25,154 nt of DNA from a virus (taxonomy: Duplodnaviria > Caudoviricetes): positions 1 through 25,154 of the IMG/VR virus record IMGVR_UViG_3300033508_000131, one strand, 5' to 3'. Below are positions 1 through 9,638 of this stretch, piece by piece. The notes beneath the pieces were generated by a model. The model ran no database searches, was not told the DNA's origin, and saw only the letters and a list, made by a program, of their open reading frames with translations. The first letter of the stretch is position 1, and the number at the start of each line of letters is the position of its first letter. The translations under genes and the position numbers were made by a program.

Positions 1-343
1 CATCATGAAAGAGTGCCCCAATCATAATACCTTGGTGGTCATTGTCTACCAAGCTCTTAGCCAATTTAGGACTTGAAGCAGTGTCCCAAATAAAACCTTT
101 ATTAAATTTGATAGTCAAGTCACGTCCTCGGGTCTGAACACGGATCTCAAGGGAATGAAGAAGAACTTGTAAATAGGTTCTGTTCTTGTGTTTCATGAAC
201 AGCTCTGGAGAAACTGAGTATCTATTGTTAGAATACCAAGCTCTGTAATCATCATCTGAGAGTGGTCTGAATGACTCAAGATAACCGATCTTAGTCACCT
301 TAGCTAATCTTGCTAAGGTTCTGTTTGCTCTTCTACTTTTCAT
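1..343 (-). CDS. DUF1353-like protein (3'-truncated by the window edge; not in the ORF track)
   Basis: ATG at 343 overlaps the upstream stop (TAATG). My translation MKSRRANRTLARLAKVTKIGY...IKFNKGFIWDTASSPKLAKSLVDNDHQGIMIGALFHD stays open to the edge. GFxxDxASxP...AxxHD is the pattern I recognise from DUF1353 phage proteins. Confidence 0.65.
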   Translation of the reverse strand, partial: MKSRRANRTLARLAKVTKIGYLESFRPLSDDDYRAWYSNNRYSVSPELFMKHKNRTYLQVLLHSLEIRVQTRGRDLTIKFNKGFIWDTASSPKLAKSLVDNDHQGIMIGALFHD

Positions 344-1152
344 TAGTAAAGCTCCTGTAATCTTTTAATAACATACTTTTTAAATGATATGAAGTCAAAG
401 AAGAGATCTCCGTATTCATGGAACATGGCCATGATACTTGTGTCTCTAGCTAGGATAACTTCATGGAAGTAATTGTTACTCTGACGAATTGCTTCATCTT
501 CTACCTTAGCCATGTACGCTTGTTCGAACAACTCACGTGGAAATGGGAAGTCCCAAGTAGTTCTAGCAATGTCTGTGCTAATAGTTAATAGGTAGTAACT
601 TCGGTTAGTCGAATCACGTAGAAATTCTGAGATCATACTTCTCTCTACCTCCTTAGGAGTCTCTGCTGTAGGCAAAGGTAAGAAGTCATTCTCAAAAACT
701 AATCGTAACTGTTCTGGCCCAATGTGTGTTATCAAACCTAAAAGAACAAGGAGCTTGTATCTATCAATATCCCTATCTTTAAGATCTGCATTCATCATTG
801 GGCAGAGTTCCTTTATAGCTAATGCAAAGGTATTCCTGTAGAGTTCTGCCATGTTAGTCCCAAATAGTCTTCGCTTGGATGAAGCGAGAGTTCGTAAAGT
901 TTTGAACTCATCTTTAATCCTAGACTCAAGATCGGCTTTCCTCAAATCCAACTTGCTCCTTTTGATCTGCTCTTCAAGGTCAGATACACGGGTGTCTATT
1001 CTAGCTTTCCAATGGAACACCCCTGCATCGAGGGATGTTCCTTTTGAGAAAAAGATTATAGCTAAAATAGGAAAGACCACGAAGAGAACACCGATAGCCA
1101 TCATAAATAACCAAGGGTGTGTTAATATTATCTTAGCTACTAAATCTGTCAT
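343..1152 (-). CDS. Hypothetical membrane protein (N-terminal TM helix followed by a coiled coil)
   Basis: 269 aa. Hydrophobic WLFMMAIGVLFVVFPILAIIFF is followed by heptad-like RVSDLEEQIKRSKLDLRKADLESRIKDE. Translationally coupled to the next gene. Function unknown. Confidence 0.7.
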   Translation of the reverse strand: MTDLVAKIILTHPWLFMMAIGVLFVVFPILAIIFFSKGTSLDAGVFHWKARIDTRVSDLEEQIKRSKLDLRKADLESRIKDEFKTLRTLASSKRRLFGTNMAELYRNTFALAIKELCPMMNADLKDRDIDRYKLLVLLGLITHIGPEQLRLVFENDFLPLPTAETPKEVERSMISEFLRDSTNRSYYLLTISTDIARTTWDFPFPRELFEQAYMAKVEDEAIRQSNNYFHEVILARDTSIMAMFHEYGDLFFDFISFKKYVIKRLQELY

Positions 1153-1176
1153 CCTTAATAATTCTCCAATTCTCGA

Positions 1177-1503
1177 TTATGGTTTAGGGTCGTAGTCACC
1201 ACTAAGTGACTTCTCGTATACAGCTTTAAGTGCAGTAAGAAGTTCTGCACCTGCCATTGTTTTAGTGACACCACCGAACTCATACATGAATGGTGATGTA
1301 ACGATGGACATAAGTGAAACAGTCTTACCAAGGTTAGTCAAATCAACAAAGCTCTCATCATCAAGTTGACCACGTGAGAAGAAGTCTACAAAACCTTCTC
1401 CTCTAGAAATCGAATCATCTTTACCACGAATGGTAATCTGTTCTGTGAAGAACCGGACAGGGACAGTTTTTTCAACTAGAATCTTTTCATCTCTCTTAAA
1501 CAT
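1177..1503 (-). CDS. Hypothetical protein, possibly tail-fibre associated
   Basis: 108 aa with an AGGAG SD, directly downstream of the tail fibre gene. Function suggested by position only. Confidence 0.6.
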   Translation of the reverse strand: MFKRDEKILVEKTVPVRFFTEQITIRGKDDSISRGEGFVDFFSRGQLDDESFVDLTNLGKTVSLMSIVTSPFMYEFGGVTKTMAGAELLTALKAVYEKSLSGDYDPKP

Positions 1504-1514
1504 AACACTCTCCT

Positions 1515-4500
1515 TTATTTAATTACTGCTACACTAAATGTATGGGCATCTACATAAACTGCAGACCCATGAATTGATACTTTAATAGTTACTGTTCCAC
1601 TAGCTGAAACATATCCGAATAATCTGATACTAACTGACGACCCAGCACTAATCATAGAATTAACAAAATTAACACTAGGTGTGACTACTACAGGATCATT
1701 TACGACTGCACCTGTCAACCCTGTAACAGTGAAAGTTCTTGTATTACCATTCTCATAGTTACCTGCCGCGATATTAGAAGTGATTCCTTTAAGAGCAGAA
1801 GATCCACCTGAAAAAGTATTATCCCAATATTCTTTTGTAAGGATACAGTTAGTTCCCTGGTTAGCTGACCCTCCTGTAGTTGTGTTCTCATACCAAATTG
1901 AGAAGTTAGTAGTACCGGATGACCTGTTAAAAGTTAAGCTGACTTTGTTAAGAGTTCGGAAAAACAGATTAACATTAGAACTACCATTCATAATAACAGA
2001 ACCAGATACCACACTAGTAGTTATCGAACAGAAGAATTTTAACACAACAAAGGACGAAGCGTCAAAAACAATAGTAGTTCCTTCTGTCAAAGAGATAGGG
2101 TTACCGATGATATTAATCTGTCTACTCACTGAGGAGTTTATCGTTATCGTTCCGGCAGGAATTGAAAGAGATTCAATGAAGATGAATTGGATATCTACAT
2201 TGTTTAAAGCTAATTCAAATTCTGCAAAGGTTTTTACCACGGAGAGTCTATGGGACGAATACCCACTCAAGTGATTAGACAAGAGCGAAGCGGCTACCCC
2301 AACGTTTTCTTTACCTGTGTCACTCGGGTGGATATGGTCACCCCTCGCAAACTCCGCTGTCTCACTACCAATAGTTTGAGTTCCATTCATTCTAGGTAAT
2401 GTCCCAGTAGCCTTAGCGTGACCATAGTTCATAGAACTAGATATTCCGTATGTACCAGCAGAACTAGAATGGTTCGTAGGTGCTCTCCCTGTGTCAACAG
2501 GGTGAACATGGTCTTGAGACGAGAACCGTTCTGAAGCACCTTGAGAGGCTGTCCCATTCATTACAGGGTTTGAATTAGAGCACTTAGCCGAGACCATAAC
2601 ATCATACTCAGAAGCATTATAGCGGTAGACTTTAAATGTCCCTGTAAGAACGTCATTAAACTGCACTACATTCGTATGATCATGGACGATAATAGTTTTC
2701 TTTATAGGAGACCCTGTTATATGAAAATCTACAAAGCCATTAATAGGGAAGTCAGTCGGCATCTTAATAGTTAAGGTAGCGTCTGTTGCGGTAAGTTCGA
2801 TGACCCCACCTGCTGACCCTTTTGATACCCAAACTGTTGCACCCGAATCTTGAAACGTACCTGTCATTACCCCAGAGTCAGAAAGTGTTAGAGCTTTCTC
2901 TAAAGTCACCAAGTCTTTTGGTTCAGATATATCATTAATATCACACAGAGGTAATGACATAGAACCATCAGAGTTGAACTCCATTGCAAACTCATTTTTA
3001 TGGCTAACACGTTTCTCTTCATAACTTGTGTTGCCCCCTACGTTGTAACCCAATCTAGTTTTGAGAACCTCATCAACGTACAATGTCCCTTCAACCACAA
3101 GGGAGTCAACGATTCCACTCCCAACACCTATTCCGATATTACAAACAATGTCAGAGCCTGTCTCAGAACCATACTTAGTGTAATACCCGAATGGGCTGGT
3201 CAAACCACCTGCACCATACGCAATTGAATTTCCCCAAGGAGTAACATCTTTACTTGATGTGACTAACCAAAACCAACCTTCACGAATTAAGAAGAGACTC
3301 CCTCTTGTGTAATAGGGGAAAGTTCCGTAACTACTCCCTGCATCACGAGTACCCGCCTCAGTCCATGATCCATTAGCAGATGTGTTGGTGACAAAACCAG
3401 AGAATGTTGGAGCCTTTCCGGTAGTCACAGGTTTTCTAACTTGCCACAGGCCGGAGTGAGCCAACTGTAATAGCCCCGAATCAACCCCACCAATGTTAGT
3501 CAAGCCAAGATCTTTACCATCATTCCCAACAAGAAGAACTTGTTCAAGATCTTGACCCTCAGTCGCTTCAGACTGTTTACTACAATAGGTGATGTTGTTA
3601 CTTGTCTTGTAAGTAAGTCTTACCACACCATCCTTCGCGTAGATAGTGTCAATACCAACAAGTGTAGAGTTAGTCACAACAAAATTGATAGACCCAGTGC
3701 CTGTACACAGGAAGTCCATCCACTGTCCATTAGTCCAACCGGACATATTGACAGTGATTGTTGATAGTGCAGTATTCCGGATTACAAATTTACCTGTATC
3801 TGCTGAAGTAAAAGTAACTGTGTTACTAGCTAGAGTAGAATCATTATACTTCGCTAAGTCAAGCACAACTATTCCGGTCTGACCATTTACAGATAGGACT
3901 GTATCACTCGGAGATAGGAGTTCTTGCCAATTAGCAAGAGTAGAAGCTCCATCAACTCGAAGAATAAAAGACTTAGTTAAGTCAGTACGTATAGCTACAT
4001 CTCCACGTTGTGCAGTCAAAGCTAACATACTCACTTGGCTATTGACTACAAATGTGTCAGTAATTGATAATTCTGGAACTTGATCCGGAGTAAGTTTTCC
4101 ACCTGTGAGAGTGGCTACACCATTTGGAGCACCTTTCTCAGAGATAGAAATTTTACCATCAAGTAAATCTTGAATGTTTCCGGTGATTCCGGAAAGAGCA
4201 GTCAGTTCAGTAAGAGTGATAAGACTAGCTGTGATCCCATTCTCAGTGGTTATGACAACTCGATCCGTATCACCGACAGCTATCTGCTGTGAACGGATTT
4301 CATTTAACATACCACGGAGGTCTGTTGAGGTAAACCCTTGGAGAGCTTGTTTACCTATTTTAAGTATAGGCCCACCATCTTCACCGATACCCTCCTCAAC
4401 AGTTATCTTCTCTGTTAGTGTTAATGACTTAAATTTCTCATCAGCAAACTCAGTCTCACCATTCTTGATGATTCGACTAACCGCAGAAACAACGTGGTAA

Positions 4501-4649
4501 AGGTCTACTCCATTAGAAGTAGACCCGTGAACCATATTGTCATTCGGCATAGATGGGTCAGCAAAAATGATCCCACGGTGTTTGTTTCGTAACTTGCTCA
4601 CCAATGTGGCAAGAGAACCTTGGAAGAAAAAGATCTGCTTTTCGCTCAT
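1515..4649 (-). CDS. Tail fibre / receptor-binding protein
   Basis: 1044 aa, G/S/T-rich and mosaic. Contains fibre-type motifs KGAPNGVATL, SVNGQTGIV and two MNGT...DHxHPxDTG repeats. Follows the hub gene with a 4-bp overlap and a GGAGG SD. Confidence 0.8.
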   Translation of the reverse strand: MSEKQIFFFQGSLATLVSKLRNKHRGIIFADPSMPNDNMVHGSTSNGVDLYHVVSAVSRIIKNGETEFADEKFKSLTLTEKITVEEGIGEDGGPILKIGKQALQGFTSTDLRGMLNEIRSQQIAVGDTDRVVITTENGITASLITLTELTALSGITGNIQDLLDGKISISEKGAPNGVATLTGGKLTPDQVPELSITDTFVVNSQVSMLALTAQRGDVAIRTDLTKSFILRVDGASTLANWQELLSPSDTVLSVNGQTGIVVLDLAKYNDSTLASNTVTFTSADTGKFVIRNTALSTITVNMSGWTNGQWMDFLCTGTGSINFVVTNSTLVGIDTIYAKDGVVRLTYKTSNNITYCSKQSEATEGQDLEQVLLVGNDGKDLGLTNIGGVDSGLLQLAHSGLWQVRKPVTTGKAPTFSGFVTNTSANGSWTEAGTRDAGSSYGTFPYYTRGSLFLIREGWFWLVTSSKDVTPWGNSIAYGAGGLTSPFGYYTKYGSETGSDIVCNIGIGVGSGIVDSLVVEGTLYVDEVLKTRLGYNVGGNTSYEEKRVSHKNEFAMEFNSDGSMSLPLCDINDISEPKDLVTLEKALTLSDSGVMTGTFQDSGATVWVSKGSAGGVIELTATDATLTIKMPTDFPINGFVDFHITGSPIKKTIIVHDHTNVVQFNDVLTGTFKVYRYNASEYDVMVSAKCSNSNPVMNGTASQGASERFSSQDHVHPVDTGRAPTNHSSSAGTYGISSSMNYGHAKATGTLPRMNGTQTIGSETAEFARGDHIHPSDTGKENVGVAASLLSNHLSGYSSHRLSVVKTFAEFELALNNVDIQFIFIESLSIPAGTITINSSVSRQINIIGNPISLTEGTTIVFDASSFVVLKFFCSITTSVVSGSVIMNGSSNVNLFFRTLNKVSLTFNRSSGTTNFSIWYENTTTGGSANQGTNCILTKEYWDNTFSGGSSALKGITSNIAAGNYENGNTRTFTVTGLTGAVVNDPVVVTPSVNFVNSMISAGSSVSIRLFGYVSASGTVTIKVSIHGSAVYVDAHTFSVAVIK
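2305..2580 (-). repeat. Intragenic peptide repeat in the tail fibre (two DHxHP units)
   Basis: NPVMNGTASQGASERFSSQDHVHPVDTGR versus LPRMNGTQTIGSETAEFARGDHIHPSDTGK. Boundaries approximate. Confidence 0.75.
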
Positions 4650-7600
4650 GGTAATACCTCCTGTATCATTTCACTTGTATCAGTATCTTCATAATAGATA
4701 GAAGTTTCACTTGGGTAAGGAACTTCTTGGATTACATCAGTGATGCTATCAATGTCAAATTCGAACACGTTCACTTTGGTTACAAAACCTTGTGACTGTT
4801 CGCCAAGAACTATGTATAAGCTACCTGTAGTCCCTGGCAATAAAGAACTATTTATCTTTACCCACTCACCAATTTTGAAATCTAAATCAATAGTGTTGAA
4901 GGAAAGAAAACGTCCAGGGACTGCATGGAACAGCATATTAAGTTCACCAACCTTAAGAGCAGTAGAATAATCTGACACAGTGTCCAACTTCATTCTGTAT
5001 TCTTTCTTCTTATCAGCTAGATAAGATTTAGAAAGGATAAAAGGTCGTTGGTCTGGGAAGCTGTCAGAAGGGATCTTTCCATACTCAGTTCCTTCATCAA
5101 TATCATAATAGATATCTAGTGAAGAGACCAAGTAACCCAACGGTAGGAACTCTTCATCATAATCAAACCCAACTGACCCATCTCTAATGAACAGGTTAGT
5201 CGAATCAATAACCTTAGTAACAGTAGATTCTTCCGGTGGAGTCAAATCAATGATCTCGATAAGACCTTCTTTATTTTCATAAAGGATGAGTCCGGCCTCC
5301 TTAAGAACTTTACTTGCGGCCGACATAGCTGACACTGTAGACGTTGTAACATACGAATGTTTCCAGCCATCACGCTTAAGAGCTGTGTCTATCCAATTCT
5401 GAGTCACAAAATATTCCGGTTTAAAACCACCTTCTCTCGTTAGAATTGAGTACGCTAAAGTTACAGGGTTGGCAGGGTCTGTCATACCTTTCTTAAACCA
5501 AATCTTTAACCAAATAGAATCATCAACTGATAAGTAGAATTCATCTGTTTGAACTAGACCGTCACGGTCTACAAGATTGATTGTTACCGGAGCTACTCCA
5601 CCGGAAAGAACATCAATAAGTGAACCATCATACGGGTAGAATCTACCTTCTGATAGTAATCCAATGTTTCCTTGTCGGTCTTTAACAATGATCTGATTAT
5701 CGTCAGTTCCTAATACCGTTGTACCTGTAATGTTCCAACCAAGATTACCACCTTGATATGATACAGTGTGTGCCCACCAAAATCCTGTAGTCTGTTTGGC
5801 AAGAACCAACACCTTCTGATCTGACAGTAAGGATAACTTCTTAGGGAGATTAGCAGGCCCTACTATAACACCATCGTCCGGAGTCACTTGATCTCTATAC
5901 GGAAGTAAGTCGTCCACCTCAGCATAGAAATCATTTCCTTCAATTGACAGCTCAACGATGAAATTGAGATTACAATTACTATGGCTGAATGTAAAGAACT
6001 CTCTTGAGAAATCTTTCTTGGTAAGAACCTCATAAGATAAACTAAAAGATAAATCTTTCCAATTTGCTAGAGTTACAGGTTGTCCTTGTTCGGGAGTACT
6101 ATTCCACAATCCCCAAGATACTTGGCCTTGTGCAATCTCTTGTACTTTATTTATCTGTAACACACGAGACAGCTCATAAATATTCTTATATGAGTTAGTC
6201 GAAACATCATGATTAGAAATTCTCGAACCGTACACACCATCAACTGAACTAATTCTCACAGTGCTTATTGCTCTGTAATCCTCTACAGAAACTTCTTGAG
6301 TCTGTGACGAGAATGAACCGGAGAAGATTGGTTCACGTACTGTCCCATCTAGTGATGGGATATCAAAAAGGAGTGAAGATGCACCATACCCAACATAAGA
6401 ATCAGATTGTAAAAAGTCTAATCCGTACATAGAATAAGTTCTGACAGTTCCACTCCCCTCACGAATCTCTTTCATATTAGAAGTAAAGTTCTGAGTATCA
6501 ATTAGTGGACAGTCTAAAAGAAGATCCACATAATCTGCTGTACTATCTTGTGTATAGATAGAGATTTTAGTCCCTTGCAAGATACTAGACGGCAATGGGT
6601 TTGGCCCACTCTCAATAACTAAAGCTGTCACAAAGAACACTTCACCTGTATCAGAGACAGTCTGCTCATAAACAATTTTGTTTACAGTGTACGTCCCATC
6701 TAGCATTCGGAATGTTACAATCTGTCTCTGAGTAGGAAGAGTCCTCATTATTGCACCTTGTGAAGTCATATAGTAAGGATTATTATTCTCTAACCATACT
6801 CCCATACTCTCACCGGAATAAAAGATTGGTGACACAGGGATACGTGGCCGTACAATAGGTAGAAAGGTTATCACATCAATTGAAGCTGTACCTTTTGACG
6901 CGTTCTCCCCTGTAGGGGAACCGGAAGGAGTCACAGATGTTAGTGACCCATTAGTAACAATATCCGATATTACCGATTCATAACAACCATACCCGTCAGT
7001 CTTGTAAAGAGCGTAACTTTTACCATAAACGTCAGTAGAGGAACTCTCTAAATAGTATCTAATAAATGTATTCTTAGACCAACTTAGACATTGTGGTGGT
7101 GAAGTGTTAAGTGAGTCCAACTCAAACTTAACAATGATTCTTGCTACATCTTGAACAAAGATAACACTACCACGTGCACTAGGTTTCATAACTGTTGAGT
7201 AAACTGTTACGTCATTAGGGGCTAAACTACTAAAGATAATTTCATCATCAATAATATTGAAGTTAGTCGAAACAGGTAAAAGAAGTGGCTTCTGATTAAC
7301 ACGGGTAAACTCGTCTCGTTTAGCCTTAACTAGAATACTCTTAATAGAATATTTAGTTGGGTTAAAGATAAGTCTAGTATTCCCAAAATCATCTTTGCGT
7401 TTCTCAAGTTTAATCATTGATGTTTTACCAAACATAATTGGTGACCCATCTACAGTCAGTTGAGCTTCATTCAGAGAGAACTTTCCTTTAACAGTAAACT
7501 CTACTCTTGAAGGATTTCCCGCCCCAGAATCTATCTGAGCTACCATCTTAAGTTTCTTTGTGTTAGTGTCCGGAAACACTTCCCAAAGTTTAATGGTACA

Positions 7601-7936
7601 ACCTATGAACAGTTTTAGGTCAATGAGTTTTCTAACTAACGCGAACTTAAAGTCCTTCAAATTAGTTATCCCACCGACACCATTTAACTCTGATTTATCT
7701 GAGCCAACCTTGACACGAGTTTGTGTTACGAAGTCAATCTCACTACTTGTCTCCTCCAAGTCTAGTAAGTACCCGTTAAGAATCTTAGTAGAGAATAGGT
7801 TAGTCGAAACAAGTGCCTTAGTTGAGAAGAGGTATCCATCTTCAGTATCTAAGGTAGGTTTATCCAAGATTGGTGGATTCAATTCCCAATTGTCACCCTC
7901 TTTAGGAAAGACCTCTATTACTTTTATTGCATTCAT
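4646..7936 (-). CDS. Putative baseplate hub / tail tip protein
   Basis: 1096 aa, beta-rich, between the Dit-like genes and the fibre. The C-terminal segment (ASKVLKEAGLILYENKEGLIEI...LDFKIGEWVKINS) resembles hub/tip architecture. Mainly synteny. Confidence 0.6.
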   Translation of the reverse strand: MNAIKVIEVFPKEGDNWELNPPILDKPTLDTEDGYLFSTKALVSTNLFSTKILNGYLLDLEETSSEIDFVTQTRVKVGSDKSELNGVGGITNLKDFKFALVRKLIDLKLFIGCTIKLWEVFPDTNTKKLKMVAQIDSGAGNPSRVEFTVKGKFSLNEAQLTVDGSPIMFGKTSMIKLEKRKDDFGNTRLIFNPTKYSIKSILVKAKRDEFTRVNQKPLLLPVSTNFNIIDDEIIFSSLAPNDVTVYSTVMKPSARGSVIFVQDVARIIVKFELDSLNTSPPQCLSWSKNTFIRYYLESSSTDVYGKSYALYKTDGYGCYESVISDIVTNGSLTSVTPSGSPTGENASKGTASIDVITFLPIVRPRIPVSPIFYSGESMGVWLENNNPYYMTSQGAIMRTLPTQRQIVTFRMLDGTYTVNKIVYEQTVSDTGEVFFVTALVIESGPNPLPSSILQGTKISIYTQDSTADYVDLLLDCPLIDTQNFTSNMKEIREGSGTVRTYSMYGLDFLQSDSYVGYGASSLLFDIPSLDGTVREPIFSGSFSSQTQEVSVEDYRAISTVRISSVDGVYGSRISNHDVSTNSYKNIYELSRVLQINKVQEIAQGQVSWGLWNSTPEQGQPVTLANWKDLSFSLSYEVLTKKDFSREFFTFSHSNCNLNFIVELSIEGNDFYAEVDDLLPYRDQVTPDDGVIVGPANLPKKLSLLSDQKVLVLAKQTTGFWWAHTVSYQGGNLGWNITGTTVLGTDDNQIIVKDRQGNIGLLSEGRFYPYDGSLIDVLSGGVAPVTINLVDRDGLVQTDEFYLSVDDSIWLKIWFKKGMTDPANPVTLAYSILTREGGFKPEYFVTQNWIDTALKRDGWKHSYVTTSTVSAMSAASKVLKEAGLILYENKEGLIEIIDLTPPEESTVTKVIDSTNLFIRDGSVGFDYDEEFLPLGYLVSSLDIYYDIDEGTEYGKIPSDSFPDQRPFILSKSYLADKKKEYRMKLDTVSDYSTALKVGELNMLFHAVPGRFLSFNTIDLDFKIGEWVKINSSLLPGTTGSLYIVLGEQSQGFVTKVNVFEFDIDSITDVIQEVPYPSETSIYYEDTDTSEMIQEVLP

Positions 7937-7939
7937 CTT

Positions 7940-9214
7940 TTATCCTACTCTTAGAAATTCATAAGGAATCTGAATGTCATAGACGCCTGGTTCTTTGTAA
8001 CGGAACATAATTGTGTCTGACTCAACTGTAAGTGAGCAACCTAATACAACAGGATTCTTCTCAAAACCATGCCCGAAGTTTACCATATCAGAAGAGACAC
8101 AATCATTACCTGTCAATGACAAAGTAAATGGAACTTCACTTAAGTGTAACACTTCAGAGACAAACTTTCTGAACCCTTCTGCAATATCCTTAGGTACTGA
8201 AAGAATCAGTATAGAGTTACGACAGATGGTGAACGCACTACGTTCTTCACACGCGAAAGTCCCATCGAGACTCTCAGAGTCATACTGATTAAATCTGAAA
8301 TCACTTGGTTCTACACTGTACGTTAAGGTAGATGAACCGGATATCAATGGTATTAGGTATGTCCCTTTATTGTTCTCAGCTTTTAAGGTTATATTTGTAA
8401 GACTCTGAAGTGGGTCAGCAGTTACATAGATAACTATATAGTCACTGTATGCTACTTCTCCCGCAGAAGTTACTTTCCACAGAAAGTTCTTGCCGGAGTC
8501 TTCTAAATTAGATGTATATTCATAAACAGGGTTAGTCGAAACAAGCACACCATCTTTAAACAACTCATAAGAATAGGTTGTTGCTGTACTTCCTAGAACT
8601 ACCTTTGTAAAGAAAGTGTCTGGGAAAACATCTTCAGACTCTGACATTAAAACAACTTGGACACTTATAGTTCCAAATGGTAAGTTGATTGTGTTTGTTC
8701 TTTTCTTCCACAACTTTGTGTTTTCATTTAACTCAACACGGTCTCTGAAGTCATACCCATCTCTCGTAGGATTATACCAACCTAAGACAATACTCTCACT
8801 GATAGTTTGGTTAGTCGAATCAAGGTACACAAGTTTCACTGCACCTACGTCAGTGTTGTCATACGCTAATGACCCTTGCCACACACTTAAGATAACTTGG
8901 TTCGTCCCACTTGGTAGTGAGATAGTTTGTGCTAAAAGCCCATAGTCATTAGGGCCTTTGTTTGAAGAGTATGGTTCCGGAGTATATGCAAAATTAGTAT
9001 TTTCGGGGCCTATTACTGCCACTGATCTCCATGAGTTATCGAGATCAAGTTTCACCCAAGGAGTTACATCTTGTGTAACTGCGATGGGAGTTCCCTTAAC
9101 TACAATATCAGTTGTCAGACTTGGTGTCCCACCTACAGCAGTTACAGATAATGTAGTGACCTGCCCTTCAGTAGAAACAACACTTAACGGATTAGGGATT
9201 ACGCTTATTGCCAT
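7940..9214 (-). CDS. Tail protein: Ig-like domain, inserted beta-sandwich (CBM-like), C-terminal Dit-like domain
   Basis: 424 aa. Ig-like strands (VTTLSVTAVGG...YSYELFKDG...EDSGKNFLWKVTS) flank a ~180 aa insert. The C-terminus resembles the adjacent 136-aa protein. Confidence 0.6.
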   Translation of the reverse strand: MAISVIPNPLSVVSTEGQVTTLSVTAVGGTPSLTTDIVVKGTPIAVTQDVTPWVKLDLDNSWRSVAVIGPENTNFAYTPEPYSSNKGPNDYGLLAQTISLPSGTNQVILSVWQGSLAYDNTDVGAVKLVYLDSTNQTISESIVLGWYNPTRDGYDFRDRVELNENTKLWKKRTNTINLPFGTISVQVVLMSESEDVFPDTFFTKVVLGSTATTYSYELFKDGVLVSTNPVYEYTSNLEDSGKNFLWKVTSAGEVAYSDYIVIYVTADPLQSLTNITLKAENNKGTYLIPLISGSSTLTYSVEPSDFRFNQYDSESLDGTFACEERSAFTICRNSILILSVPKDIAEGFRKFVSEVLHLSEVPFTLSLTGNDCVSSDMVNFGHGFEKNPVVLGCSLTVESDTIMFRYKEPGVYDIQIPYEFLRVG

Positions 9215-9227
9215 TAGTACCTATCCT

Positions 9228-9638
9228 TTAATTAGTGTACATAAAAGAAAATTGCACATCATACAGGCCTGGAGGTTTTGGTTTCACCATACCTGTAGAA
9301 TCTTTGACAGTCAATCGGCACTTATTTACAGGAGCACCTGTCCCCCTACCTAAGTCTTCAGAACTCACAGTCACTGTAAATTCTTTCAACATAAACTGTA
9401 TCTTTTGAACTATGAATATGTAGAGCTTTTGGTAGTCATCTCTACTTAGGTTAGTCAATTCAAGTAGAACCACACTTCTAACTACTCGTGAACTGAAAAC
9501 TTTCTTTACCCCAACACCTGTATACCCTTTTTGATAGTCTCTCAATGCAGACTCAAGTTTCAGATTATACGACAAAGAGACCCCCGATAACTCGAGGGTC
9601 TCTGAGGTTGAAGGTATAGCAATTGTTAATACTGCCAC
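9228..9638 (-). CDS. Putative distal tail (Dit/gpM-like) protein
   Basis: 136 aa, GTG start overlapping the end of the tape measure gene. Size and position are typical of Dit. Confidence 0.55.
   Translation of the reverse strand: MAVLTIAIPSTSETLELSGVSLSYNLKLESALRDYQKGYTGVGVKKVFSSRVVRSVVLLELTNLSRDDYQKLYIFIVQKIQFMLKEFTVTVSSEDLGRGTGAPVNKCRLTVKDSTGMVKPKPPGLYDVQFSFMYTN

Noticed and set aside
309-322. 12-bp match (TGCTAAGGTTCT) to the stem at 24059-24070, as a possible antisense target
   Set aside because: Dozens of chance 12-mer pairs are expected in 25 kb, and the match does not extend.
1515-2300. Diversity-generating retroelement target at the tail fibre C-terminus
   Set aside because: I saw no reverse transcriptase, no template/variable repeat pair and no recognisable C-type lectin motif in the window.
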